From NCBI GenBank assembly GCA_963662265.2, contig CAXXHA010000001.1, forward strand, positions 192,001 through 256,000: a DNA stretch of 64,000 nt, given 5' to 3'. How positions within the stretch are numbered: the stretch's first letter is position 1; every line of letters begins with the position of its first letter. Shown here piece by piece: positions 52,643-62,478 of the stretch. The position numbers and the translations under genes are program-made. This stretch comes from Spirochaetia bacterium. Its GTDB lineage: Bacteria > Spirochaetota > Spirochaetia > CADAEX01. The notes below the pieces were generated by a model. That model was not told where the DNA came from. It did not search any database and was given only the letters and a program-made list of their open reading frames with translations.

Positions 52643-53353
52643 ATGAAACAAATGACAGGGAAATATTCCAAAGGCAAAGAAACATACAGCAGAATATTTA
52701 CAGCAGCAAAGAAATATTTTTATACACAGGGTTATAAGGAAACTACATTCAGACAACTTTCTGCAGAAACAGGAATTCATCTCGGTCAGTTTACATACTA
52801 TTTTAAAACAAAAGATGATCTTGCAGGTTTAATTTACAGCGAGATCAGGCAGAATACATATAATATTTTCAAGGATAAATATGGAGAATATATTGATCCC
52901 AAAAAAAGTATTGTTTTGAATTTAGCTTTTGATATGCTTCTTCTGACCAACAATAAAAAATACGGCAGTTTTTTTTATGAATTTTCAAAAGGCAATATCT
53001 ATAAAAAATATCACAGTAACCTGATTGAAGACTCATTAAGGTTTTATCCATCGCCAGACAAAACCCTTTATGAAGAACCCAAGCACAAGCTCCATTTGAA
53101 CATGGTAGCAATTCCCGGGATCAAACCTTCCCTGGTTCATGAAACACTTGATAATAAATATGAAATTCCGGAAATTGAAATTTGTAAATACTATGTTGAT
53201 CTGTTTCTCGGTTTGCTTGGAGAAAAAGAAAGTACTATTAAATCTCTTTTTGATTTTGCATACAGGGAATATTCAAATTTAAATTTATCTATCGGGAAAT
53301 CATTCAAACTCAACTTTGATAAGGAATATGCAAAAAGCTACAGAGAAGAATAA
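52643..53353 (+). CDS. TetR/AcrR family regulator
   Basis: IFTAAKKYFYTQGYKETTFRQLSAETGIHLGQFTYYFKTKDDL. Confidence 0.88.
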   Translation: MKQMTGKYSKGKETYSRIFTAAKKYFYTQGYKETTFRQLSAETGIHLGQFTYYFKTKDDLAGLIYSEIRQNTYNIFKDKYGEYIDPKKSIVLNLAFDMLLLTNNKKYGSFFYEFSKGNIYKKYHSNLIEDSLRFYPSPDKTLYEEPKHKLHLNMVAIPGIKPSLVHETLDNKYEIPEIEICKYYVDLFLGLLGEKESTIKSLFDFAYREYSNLNLSIGKSFKLNFDKEYAKSYREE

Positions 53354-53402
53354 TTTTTTTCTCTGTAGCTTATGTTTTTTTAAAATGATTGAGGAAGTTA
53401 TT

Positions 53403-54485
53403 TTATCTGGAACAAACAGTTTTCAAAGCATTTATCAGGCGTCTGTTTTCTTCTTCAGTTCCTATAGTTACACGCAGGAAAGTCTCTTTCTGGGGTCTTA
53501 TAATAACACCAAGTTTCTGAAGGTCAGTAAAAACTTTCTGTGGATCCCTCTTCACATCTACAAAAATAAAATTAGATTCTGATTCAGGATAATAAAACCC
53601 CATTTCGTCAAATGCATCACAAAGCATTTTTTTTCCTTTCCTGTTTTCGTTATAGCACATATCAAGAAAATCAGTATCATCAAGCGCAGCAAGAGCTGCT
53701 GCCTGAGCCTGCCTTGAAACACTGAACGGATTACGAACCTTGGAAAGTTCTTTGATTATTTTTTCATGAGCAAAAATGTATCCGACTCTCAGAGAACACA
53801 ATCCGTATATTTTGGAAAAAGTTCTCATAACAACCAGGTTTTCATATTTCTCAATAAGTTTATGACTGTCCCTGAGGTGATCATCTGAAGTCACATATTC
53901 TGTATAAGCTTCATCATATGCAATAATCACATTGTCAGGTACCTTATCAAAAAACTCCAGCAGCTCTTTTTCTTTCAGATGCGTTCCTGTGGGGTTATTC
54001 GGATTACATATCCAGACAATTTTTGTTTTTTCATTTATAGCATCAGCCATTGCATCAAGATCATGTACCCAGTTTTTCATGGGAACAAAAACAGGTTTAC
54101 CACCTATTATCTTAGTCCTTGCAGCATATGGAGTAAATGTAGTATCTGCAAGTATTACTTCCTCGCCGTAATCAACAAATGCTGTGGGAAGCAAAAGAAG
54201 TATTTCACTTAAACCGCTGGCAACCATGATATTTGCCGCATTCATGTCATACACTGATGCAAGTTTTTCGCGCAATGCGGTTATTCCCGGATCAGGATAA
54301 ATCTGGATTTCATCCATCATGTTTTTTACAGCCTGCTTTGCCTTGGGAGAAGAACCGAATGCATTTTCATTTGACGCAAGTTTTATAACGTCAGTTATGC
54401 CATACTCTCTCATTACTGCTTCAACAGGTTTTCCAGGTACATAGCCCTGTACTGATTCCATCACTTTTCTAGGTTTCACATTCAT
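53403..54485 (-). CDS. HisC-family PLP aminotransferase (histidinol-phosphate/aromatic type)
   Basis: KLASNEN, CNPNNPTG, DEAY, RTFSKIYGL..LRVGY. Not in a his operon. Confidence 0.88.
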   Translation of the reverse strand: MNVKPRKVMESVQGYVPGKPVEAVMREYGITDVIKLASNENAFGSSPKAKQAVKNMMDEIQIYPDPGITALREKLASVYDMNAANIMVASGLSEILLLLPTAFVDYGEEVILADTTFTPYAARTKIIGGKPVFVPMKNWVHDLDAMADAINEKTKIVWICNPNNPTGTHLKEKELLEFFDKVPDNVIIAYDEAYTEYVTSDDHLRDSHKLIEKYENLVVMRTFSKIYGLCSLRVGYIFAHEKIIKELSKVRNPFSVSRQAQAAALAALDDTDFLDMCYNENRKGKKMLCDAFDEMGFYYPESESNFIFVDVKRDPQKVFTDLQKLGVIIRPQKETFLRVTIGTEEENRRLINALKTVCSR

Positions 54486-54646
54486 TGTATTCTCCGTATG
54501 TATTATTAAAAACAGCTCTGTAAAACAGAGCCGTTAATTTATGGGCACCTCTAATTTTTCCTTAGAGGTATGCCCACAAGGCACCTGTCCCCGAAGGGGG
54601 GAATCTATAAGAAAAACCATGTTTCCAGTGATTCCCTTACAAGCTT

Positions 54647-56050
54647 TTATTCATTTACCTTTGAAACAGCTGATTCTTCGACTTTGTTTTTATTATTAAA
54701 ATAAGTACTGACAGCAAAGAAAGCTATCATGCTGCCTGCCATCGGGAAAAGCATTCTTTCCGGCCATGCATATAAACCAGTCATATCAACAAGAGCCATA
54801 ATAGCGCCTATTATAACAGCACCGATTGCTCCCTGCTTATTTCCGCCTTTCCATATTATTCCTCCGATAATCGGTGTAAAAATACAACCGGCCTGAAGCG
54901 GTGAAATCCAGAACATCACTCCGATAATACCGGAGATTTTCAAGGCAATAACAACTCCGAAAACAGCGCCGAGAACAGTTGCAACTTTTGAAATTGTCAG
55001 AGTATATTTCAGATCATCAAATTCCTTTTCAGGATGGAAAACTTTATGATAAAGATCATGCGCAAACATACCGCCAAGAGATGTCATCAGGGAATCTGAT
55101 GTAGACATAATTGCAGACAGCACTGCTGCAAGAAATATATACCCGGCCCATTTGGGAAGTGTAACATTTATTATTTTTGCAACAACTTCTTTTCCCGGAA
55201 CTCCCGGAAAAAGAGATGCTCCGATTCCCGACATAAGCCCGACAAGAATAGACAGACCAATCAGAATACAGCCGGCGACGATACAGCTTTTAACAGCATC
55301 ACCTGAACTTTTGGTTGACTGCCATTTCATGAAATATTCATAAGCGAAAATTGATCCCACTACAGAAGGTACTACTGCATAAAGAAAATCATGAACTGAT
55401 TCCGGCTGGGGGAAAAACGGCTGGCTTAAAAGAGCTGAAGCTGTAACACCGCTTTCCATACCTGTAATTTTTAATCCGAGAAAAACAATGATAGGAATAA
55501 ATATCATGCATACAACAAGCTGTATAAAGTCATTCAACATGACTCCCCACATGCCCGCCATATAGGTGTAAACAATAACTACGACAGCTCCAAGAATAAC
55601 AGCAACATTATAAGATATCCCAACAACTGTTGCCAGAGCAGCAAAAGCCATAAACTGAATAGCTATAATAGCAATTGTTCCTGTAATATACACAATAGCA
55701 TGATAAGCTCTCAGGAATTTCGAATATCCGTATCGGTATTCGATGTAATCCGGGGGAGTAATTCCATTTGTGATACTTCTGAATTTGCCGGCAACAAATG
55801 CAGAAATAAAACAAGCGATACCCAGACCGATACCGGCATACATACCGGGCCAGACACCTTTTTCAACACCCCATTCAATACCACCTACAAAGCAGCCCCC
55901 TCCGAAGTGTGTAGCAGCAATGGTAAATGCTACAATAATAAGAGGCATACTTCTTCCTGCAACAAAAAAATCAGTTGCAGTTTTAACTTTTTTAGAAACC
56001 ATATAACCAATTGTTATATAGACTGCACAAAAAACCAACAAAACAATCAT
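54647..56050 (-). CDS. Sodium:solute symporter (SSS family)
   Basis: DFFVAGR, YTYMAGMWGV..NDFIQ, AAVLSAIMSTSDS. Confidence 0.9.
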   Translation of the reverse strand: MIVLLVFCAVYITIGYMVSKKVKTATDFFVAGRSMPLIIVAFTIAATHFGGGCFVGGIEWGVEKGVWPGMYAGIGLGIACFISAFVAGKFRSITNGITPPDYIEYRYGYSKFLRAYHAIVYITGTIAIIAIQFMAFAALATVVGISYNVAVILGAVVVIVYTYMAGMWGVMLNDFIQLVVCMIFIPIIVFLGLKITGMESGVTASALLSQPFFPQPESVHDFLYAVVPSVVGSIFAYEYFMKWQSTKSSGDAVKSCIVAGCILIGLSILVGLMSGIGASLFPGVPGKEVVAKIINVTLPKWAGYIFLAAVLSAIMSTSDSLMTSLGGMFAHDLYHKVFHPEKEFDDLKYTLTISKVATVLGAVFGVVIALKISGIIGVMFWISPLQAGCIFTPIIGGIIWKGGNKQGAIGAVIIGAIMALVDMTGLYAWPERMLFPMAGSMIAFFAVSTYFNNKNKVEESAVSKVNE

Positions 56051-56130
56051 TAATATTCCTCCTAAAAATATTACTAATTAAATCTCAAAAAATTAAATAA
56101 AATCCTCCTTTTAAAAAGTATTCAGCTCAG

Positions 56131-58230
56131 TTACCTGTTTTCTATCACTAACGCGTCTACGATACGGACACCCTTACCTTTCCCGTAAACAAAAACAGGA
56201 TTCAGATCAATTTCCCTGACCAGATCCTTGTTTTCAGAAGCGAAAGAAGCAAGGTCCACAATAAGGTCACACAACGCATCAACATCATGCTCACTTCCTC
56301 CTCTGTAACCTGAAAGAAGCTTGAATGCTTTTAATTCACTGATCATACTGAGTGCTTCTTTTTTACTGACAGGTGCAGGATAAAGAGAAATATCTTTGAA
56401 GACTTCAACAAATACACCCCCCATACCTACAAGAACAACCGGTCCGAAAGTCTGGTCATTTTTAATACCGACAATCATTTCAGTTCCCGGCTCAAGCATT
56501 TCCTGAACAAGCACTCCATTCAGGACAGCTGACGGATTATATTCTCTGCAGCTGGAAATAATCTGATCAAAGGCTTCTTCTCCCTCATCAGAATTCATGA
56601 TATTAAGCCTGACGCCTCCGGCATCTGTCTTATGAAGAATATCTGCTGAATTGATTTTCATGACATATGGCGCTTTCAGCCGGGACATTGCTTCTCTGGC
56701 TTCTTCTCTGGAATTAACAACAATATACTCAGGCACAGTTACACCATGCTTTGAAATCAGATTTTTACTGTCAGCTTCTGAAAGGGGTTTTGAACCTGAT
56801 GCGTTTTTTTCGGGAACAGCAATTTCAAGCGTTCTGCTTTCATGGTCATATTCAGAATATTCCGCAAGATAACTTATGCATGAATATCCGGACTGGCCGC
56901 CCGAAACAAGAGGTATACCTGCATTTTCAAGCTTCAGGCGGAGTTCTTTGTTTCTTGAAGCTTCATATGACGGTACGGCAAATATAGGGAACATGTCTTT
57001 TTCCCCGGCAGCATCTATTAATGCATCTGTAAAGTCATGCATTCTCGGGCTTGCGTTCCCTTCAATATTTGTACCAAGCACAACTGCAGAAATGTTTTCA
57101 TCCCTGCGGGCAGCCTTAATAATTCCAGCTATCGCTTCCTTGTTTCTGAACAAGTCTGTTGTTGCATCAAGAGGATTCTGGGCAGTAGCAAATCCCGGCA
57201 GATATTTTTCCATTTCAGATACTGTTTCATTCCTGAAATCAGGAAGATCAATACCGTAATACTCACAAAGATCTGCACAGATTGCATTTTCCCCTCCTGA
57301 AAGGTTTATACCGCAGAAAGAATTGCTCTTCGGATAATTGCCTTTCAGTACACTGAACATCTGGGCTGTAGTCATGAATTCCTCAAGATCCCTTACACGG
57401 ATAACTCCGTACTTTTTAAACACTGCTTCAAAGGATGAATCTGAACCTGCAAGATTACCTGTATGGGAAGCTGTTGCAGCAGCACCTTTAGCAGACTTGC
57501 CTGTTTTCAGGACTATGACAGGCTTTCTCTTCCTTGCTGCTGTTTTCAGGGAATCGGCAAATTTCCTGCCGTCTTTTACACCTTCAATATATAGAGCGAT
57601 TACTTTCGTATTATCATCATTCACAAGAAAATCAAGATACTCTTCAAACTTGACAATATTGCCGTTTCCTGAAGATATGCAGTAGGAAACATTCATGTAG
57701 TCTCTCATCATGATATGCTGAGCAATAAATCCGCTCTGTGCCACAATTCCGATTCCTGTCGGCCTTGTGTTCATGTCAATGTTTAAAGTGAGACCCCATA
57801 AGTTTATTTTATCAACATTATTCAATATTCCGGCACAGTTAGGTCCCAGAAGAGCAATGCCGTATTCTTCACAAATTTCAGACATTACCTTTTCAAGAGC
57901 CAGACCTTCATCTGAATGTTCTTCTGCAAAACCGCTTGCATATACTATTGCAGCCTTTACACCTTTTTCTCCGGCCTGCTTCAAAATAGGAACAACAGCA
58001 GGTTTCGGAGTACATATAATAACACAGTCAATTGTGTCTTCGATTTCATCAATTGACTTGAAGCATTTCCGTCCGTTTAAAGTATCACGGGCAGGATGAA
58101 CATAATAAACCCTGTCAGCCACAGAACTTGCAGCAGTACCAACTGCTGCAGCGCATCCGAAACTTCCGGGCCTGTCAGTAACACCTACTACAGCCACGCT
58201 TTCCGGTTTTATAAGCTTTTTTATATTCAT
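56131..58230 (-). CDS. ADP-forming acyl-CoA synthetase (acetate-CoA ligase family, fused alpha-beta)
   Basis: LGPNC, AQSG, SHTGNL (phospho-His), HKTDAGGV ATP-grasp, EIDLNP. Confidence 0.92.
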   Translation of the reverse strand: MNIKKLIKPESVAVVGVTDRPGSFGCAAAVGTAASSVADRVYYVHPARDTLNGRKCFKSIDEIEDTIDCVIICTPKPAVVPILKQAGEKGVKAAIVYASGFAEEHSDEGLALEKVMSEICEEYGIALLGPNCAGILNNVDKINLWGLTLNIDMNTRPTGIGIVAQSGFIAQHIMMRDYMNVSYCISSGNGNIVKFEEYLDFLVNDDNTKVIALYIEGVKDGRKFADSLKTAARKRKPVIVLKTGKSAKGAAATASHTGNLAGSDSSFEAVFKKYGVIRVRDLEEFMTTAQMFSVLKGNYPKSNSFCGINLSGGENAICADLCEYYGIDLPDFRNETVSEMEKYLPGFATAQNPLDATTDLFRNKEAIAGIIKAARRDENISAVVLGTNIEGNASPRMHDFTDALIDAAGEKDMFPIFAVPSYEASRNKELRLKLENAGIPLVSGGQSGYSCISYLAEYSEYDHESRTLEIAVPEKNASGSKPLSEADSKNLISKHGVTVPEYIVVNSREEAREAMSRLKAPYVMKINSADILHKTDAGGVRLNIMNSDEGEEAFDQIISSCREYNPSAVLNGVLVQEMLEPGTEMIVGIKNDQTFGPVVLVGMGGVFVEVFKDISLYPAPVSKKEALSMISELKAFKLLSGYRGGSEHDVDALCDLIVDLASFASENKDLVREIDLNPVFVYGKGKGVRIVDALVIENR

Positions 58231-58775
58231 TTTTCTTCCCTCTGGATGTCATACCCTGACTCAAATGCAGCAGTATTCAGTTCGTTGAATTTTTCCTTGC
58301 CCTTATCCTTAAAAAATCTGTTCATGGATAAAAGAGCCTGTTCTCTGGTAAAAAGCTCACAATTCCTGATAAGCGCTCCTATAGCAACAAGGTTTGCACC
58401 TTTTGGATTATTAACCTTCCCTGCAAGGGTAATACACGGGACTTTAACAATATTCACATTGTCAGGGTACTGCTGCTGATCTGCGACAATATCACTGTTG
58501 ACAATTATATAACCACCCTCTTTGACAAGAGCTCCATACGCATCGACAGAAGGACTGTTCATTGCAACAAGAATATCTATTTCTTCCATATTGGGACTGC
58601 CGATTATTGAATCGCTGAATTTAACAACACTGTGCGCTGTTCCGCCCCTCATTGTAGGCCCGTATGCAGGCATCCATGTCACTTCTTTATCTGAATCGAC
58701 TGCCATCTGGGAAACAACCAGACCTGCTGTTAAAACCCCCTGTCCGCCAAAACCTGAAAAAACCAGTTCTTTCAT
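58227..58775 (-). CDS. 2-oxoacid:ferredoxin oxidoreductase gamma subunit
   Basis: FSGFGGQGVL, PAYGPTMRGG. Confidence 0.9.
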   Translation of the reverse strand: MKELVFSGFGGQGVLTAGLVVSQMAVDSDKEVTWMPAYGPTMRGGTAHSVVKFSDSIIGSPNMEEIDILVAMNSPSVDAYGALVKEGGYIIVNSDIVADQQQYPDNVNIVKVPCITLAGKVNNPKGANLVAIGALIRNCELFTREQALLSMNRFFKDKGKEKFNELNTAAFESGYDIQREEK

Positions 58776-58776
58776 T

Positions 58777-59520
58777 TTATTCCCCCTTCCTGGATTTAAA
58801 CTCGCCTGTCGGATAATGAGGCAGCATATTTTTCTCAACCCAGTCCAATGACTCAATTGGGGGAATTCCCCAGTTTGTAGGGCATGGCGCGAGGAATTCA
58901 ACTATAGAATACCCTTCTCCGTTCAACTGTGCTTCCAGAGCATTCTTGATATATTTTCTTGTCTTATTGATTTCCTTTGCATTATGAACCGCTCCCCTTG
59001 CTGCATATGCAACATTGAACTGGGAGGAAATAATCTCAACAAGTTTTATAGGATCTCCGGTCACCGAACAATCACGCCCTTTAACTGATGTCTTGGTCTT
59101 CATACCCGGCAGTGTTGTCCAGGACATCTGCCCGCCTGTCATGCCGAATAATGCATTATTAATCACAAATGCAGTAATCTTTTCATTTCTGTAGGCAGCA
59201 TTCAGAGTTTCAGCTATACCTATAACAGCTGCATCGCCGTCACCCTGGTATGTCATTACAACAGATTCAGGAGATACTCTTTTCATTCCTGTAGCCATAG
59301 CTGCAGGTCTTCCATGGGCGCACTGCATCTTATCCCCTTTAAAGAAATGATGAAGATTGCAGCTGCATCCAACACCAAGGCTGAACATGAAATTGTCCAG
59401 TTGCCCGAGCTCTTCCAGAACTTCAGCAATAAGCCGTGTTACTATTCCGTGTCCACAGCCGGTGCAGAACGGATGATGTGTTTCCCCCCAGATTGCAGGA
59501 GCTTTTTTTACCTTAGCCAT
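58777..59520 (-). CDS. 2-oxoacid:ferredoxin oxidoreductase beta (TPP-binding) subunit
   Basis: FCTGCGHG, HGR, QGDGD..NN..GMTGGQ, CPTNW. Confidence 0.92.
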   Translation of the reverse strand: MAKVKKAPAIWGETHHPFCTGCGHGIVTRLIAEVLEELGQLDNFMFSLGVGCSCNLHHFFKGDKMQCAHGRPAAMATGMKRVSPESVVMTYQGDGDAAVIGIAETLNAAYRNEKITAFVINNALFGMTGGQMSWTTLPGMKTKTSVKGRDCSVTGDPIKLVEIISSQFNVAYAARGAVHNAKEINKTRKYIKNALEAQLNGEGYSIVEFLAPCPTNWGIPPIESLDWVEKNMLPHYPTGEFKSRKGE

Positions 59521-59521
59521 A

Positions 59522-60583
59522 TTAGAAGACCTCCTTGATATTTCCATCTTTCGCAGCATAATATTTTTCAACAACTTTTTTCACAGAAGGCAATGTTCTC
59601 CCTGCCGCATAACTGTAAACAGGCATTGATTTCTCCTTAAAAACAGCTTTGGCAGTCAAAGCCACATCTTCAACCATCTGCCCCAGGTCATTTGATTCAA
59701 CAGATATCAGACCCTTTACACCGGGACCAAGCTGTTCAAAAGCCTTTACAGGAAAAGGCCACAGTGTAACAGGCCTTATTAAACCTGCTTTCTCCCCTTT
59801 TTCCCGCAGTTTTCCAACTGCATCTCTACAGACCCTGCTCGGCAGCCCGAAAGAAACAAAAATATATTCAGCATCTTCTGTCATATAGCTTTCCCACCGC
59901 TGCTCATTCTTCTGCATTATTTCTCTTTTTTTTCTGACAGTTTCAGTCATCTCCATCTGTGAACCGAAACCATGATCTCTTGTTCCTGTTCCGTCAAATC
60001 TCCAGTCAGGAAGCTTTTCCGCTTTTTTATAATCAGGCATTATGCATGGTTCCATCATCTGCCCGAGGGCTGCTTCTGATAATATTAAAACAGCATTTCT
60101 GTATTTTTCAGCTATATCAAAAGATTCATACATCAGATCCACAAGCTCCTGAACTGATGAAGGAGCAAGAACTATGGTATTATAATCTCCATTTCCCCCG
60201 CCGCGGGTTTCTCTCCAGTAATCGCACTGTGATGTATCAAGCGATCCCAGTCCTGTCCCCCATCTCTGGACATTAAGCATTACATAGGGAAGACTGTATC
60301 TTGCAGCATATGAAATCCCCTCCTGCTTGAGCGCCATTCCGGGACCTGATGAAGAAGTCATAGCCCTTCGACCGCAGACTGCAGCACCAATAACCATGTT
60401 TATTGCTGATATTTCATTTTCAGCCTGAACAAATGATCTTCCCTCCTGCGGCATTCTGTATGAAAAATGCTCAAGAACTTCAGTTTGCGGGGTAATCGGA
60501 TATCCTCCATAAAAATCAAGCCCGGCCCTTACTGCTGCTTCCGCAACAGCAATATTTCCTTTCATCATTTTTTTTGTACTCAT
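59522..60583 (-). CDS. 2-oxoacid:ferredoxin oxidoreductase alpha subunit (VOR-like)
   Basis: GYPITPQTE, QAENEI, TSSSGPG, RPVTLWPFP. Confidence 0.92.
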   Translation of the reverse strand: MSTKKMMKGNIAVAEAAVRAGLDFYGGYPITPQTEVLEHFSYRMPQEGRSFVQAENEISAINMVIGAAVCGRRAMTSSSGPGMALKQEGISYAARYSLPYVMLNVQRWGTGLGSLDTSQCDYWRETRGGGNGDYNTIVLAPSSVQELVDLMYESFDIAEKYRNAVLILSEAALGQMMEPCIMPDYKKAEKLPDWRFDGTGTRDHGFGSQMEMTETVRKKREIMQKNEQRWESYMTEDAEYIFVSFGLPSRVCRDAVGKLREKGEKAGLIRPVTLWPFPVKAFEQLGPGVKGLISVESNDLGQMVEDVALTAKAVFKEKSMPVYSYAAGRTLPSVKKVVEKYYAAKDGNIKEVF

Positions 60584-60596
60584 TAAAGCCTCTCCT

Positions 60597-60797
60597 CTAC
60601 TCATCAATACTGAAAACACCGTCAGGGCAAACAGTGTAGCAAATACCGCATAGTATGCAGGGTTCCTTATTTACCTGAATATAATTATATCCGCTCTTAT
60701 TAAAATCACTTGTCATTGATATTGCTTTTTTTGGACATGAAACAATACAAAAACTGCACCCTTTGCATCTTTCTTTATCTACAAAAAGATTTCCCAT
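60597..60797 (-). CDS. 2[4Fe-4S] ferredoxin (delta subunit)
   Basis: CKGCSFCIVSCP, CILCGICYTVCP. Confidence 0.92.
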   Translation of the reverse strand: MGNLFVDKERCKGCSFCIVSCPKKAISMTSDFNKSGYNYIQVNKEPCILCGICYTVCPDGVFSIDE

Positions 60798-60848
60798 TTT
60801 CCTAACAACCTCCTAGCTGATCACATACCTTAAAGGTAAAATATATAA

Positions 60849-61000
60849 ATACACGCATTATTTCATATTATCCTGCAACCGACTAAATTATATACATGTA
60901 CTATTTTAATTGTCAACATTTTTTTATACACGTACTATTTTTAATATTATTTGACACAGAATCATAATCATGCTATCTTACTTTAGTACACGTACTATAT
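60849..61000. promoter_or_regulatory. Divergent sigma70 promoters overlapped by four copies of a (A/G)TACACGTACTATTT operator
   Basis: Minus strand TTGACA(60911-16)-N18-TATAAT(60887-92); plus strand TTGACA(60951-56)-N17-TATCTT with extended TG. Motif copies at 60849, 60892, 60926, 60986. Confidence 0.75.
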
Positions 61001-61044
61001 TCATATTTCCATGCACCATATTTAAGAAAAGGGAGTTTTACTTA

Positions 61045-62340
61045 ATGACATATCAAGTTGAAAAAAGCCTGAAAAAAGCACTCAGCTACAGATGGATCAT
61101 ATATATCCTTCCGGCGAGTGTCTTTTTCTTTGCTTTTCTGCATAAACTTGCTCCAAGTGTAATAAGGAACGAGTTGATGGAATCCTTCGGTCTGACATCA
61201 ACAGGATTTGCAAACTTAAGTGCAATGTTTTTCTATGCATATATGCTTATGCAGATACCGGCGGGAATTCTTGCTGATACACTTGGAGCAAAAAAGACTA
61301 TTATTGCAAGCTGCATTGTTACTGCTGCCGGGTTAATTCTTCTGGGATCAGCAACAACAATTCCGGTTGCAATGATATCAAGGCTTATAATGGGTCTCGG
61401 GACATCTGTGGTTTTTATATCTGTTCTCAAAATACAGACGCAGTGGTTCAGGGAAGATGAATTCGGCACAATGACAGGTATCAGCGCCTCTATCGGGAAT
61501 TTCGGAGGGGCAGTATCCCAGGCGCCCCTTGCGGCAGTTGTTGCTTTATTAACATGGAGGGCAACATTTATATGGATGGGTATTATTACACTTGCACTTG
61601 CAGTACTGGTATTTATCTTTGTGGAAAATAAGCCTGAAGATAAAGGTTTTCCGGCAATATCAAATTCTGCTTCCCGGAAAAAAGCAGCATCTTTCAGTGA
61701 TATTCTAAACGCTTTAATGAATATTATAAAAAATTTTCACAGCTGGCCGATGTTTTTTATAACAATATGCCTTGGAGGCAGCGGTTTTACACTGAACCTG
61801 TGGGGCGTAAGCTATATTATGGATGTTTACAACTACACAAGTATACAGGCTGGTAAAATTACGCTTCTGCTCGCCATAGGTACCGGTACTGGAGCAATCC
61901 TTTTCGGATTTATTTCAGACAAAATCAAAAGCAGAAAAATACCGTATTTAATATGCGGATCACTGGTGCTTCTTTTATGGGTGGTTCTCCTTGTATTTTA
62001 TAAAGCAAAACCCCCAATAGCCTTTCTTACAGCATGGTTTTTCTTTATAGGTTTTTTCAATGCAACAGCAACACTTGCATGGTCAACTGGAAAAGAGGTA
62101 AATGATCCGAAATATTCAGGTATGGCGACATCTTTTATCAGTTTCGGAACATTCCTGGGGGCAGCTGTTATTCCTGTAGTTGCAGGTATGGTGATTGACA
62201 AATATTCAATGCTGGAAAATGCTGTGGATATTTACAGAAAAGCTTTTTCCATGAATATCACGCTCAGTTTAATCGCATTTATCCTGATTCTTTTTGTAAA
62301 AGAAACAAACTGCAGAAATATTTATAAAACATCCGAATAA
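61045..62340 (+). CDS. MFS transporter
   Basis: About 12 TM; GILADTLGAK, GFISDKIKSRK. Start 61045 after GGGAG. Confidence 0.9.
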   Translation: MTYQVEKSLKKALSYRWIIYILPASVFFFAFLHKLAPSVIRNELMESFGLTSTGFANLSAMFFYAYMLMQIPAGILADTLGAKKTIIASCIVTAAGLILLGSATTIPVAMISRLIMGLGTSVVFISVLKIQTQWFREDEFGTMTGISASIGNFGGAVSQAPLAAVVALLTWRATFIWMGIITLALAVLVFIFVENKPEDKGFPAISNSASRKKAASFSDILNALMNIIKNFHSWPMFFITICLGGSGFTLNLWGVSYIMDVYNYTSIQAGKITLLLAIGTGTGAILFGFISDKIKSRKIPYLICGSLVLLLWVVLLVFYKAKPPIAFLTAWFFFIGFFNATATLAWSTGKEVNDPKYSGMATSFISFGTFLGAAVIPVVAGMVIDKYSMLENAVDIYRKAFSMNITLSLIAFILILFVKETNCRNIYKTSE

Positions 62341-62420
62341 CTCAGGCAGTGTAGAACACTCATGATATTCATAAACAGGACAAAATAACTGCCTTGATAA
62401 TTTTGTTGTCATATATAGAA

Positions 62421-62444
62421 AAGGGACTCCCTGTGGAGTCCCTT
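62421..62444. terminator. Terminator between convergent genes
   Basis: AAGGGACTCC-CTGT-GGAGTCCCTT. Confidence 0.65.
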
Positions 62445-62478
62445 AAACTTTTTAACATATATCCTTAATCTAGAAAAT

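Noticed and set aside
53403-54485. Assigning the symbol hisC
   Set aside because: Family is clear, but the catabolic context and absence of other his genes leave the function uncertain.
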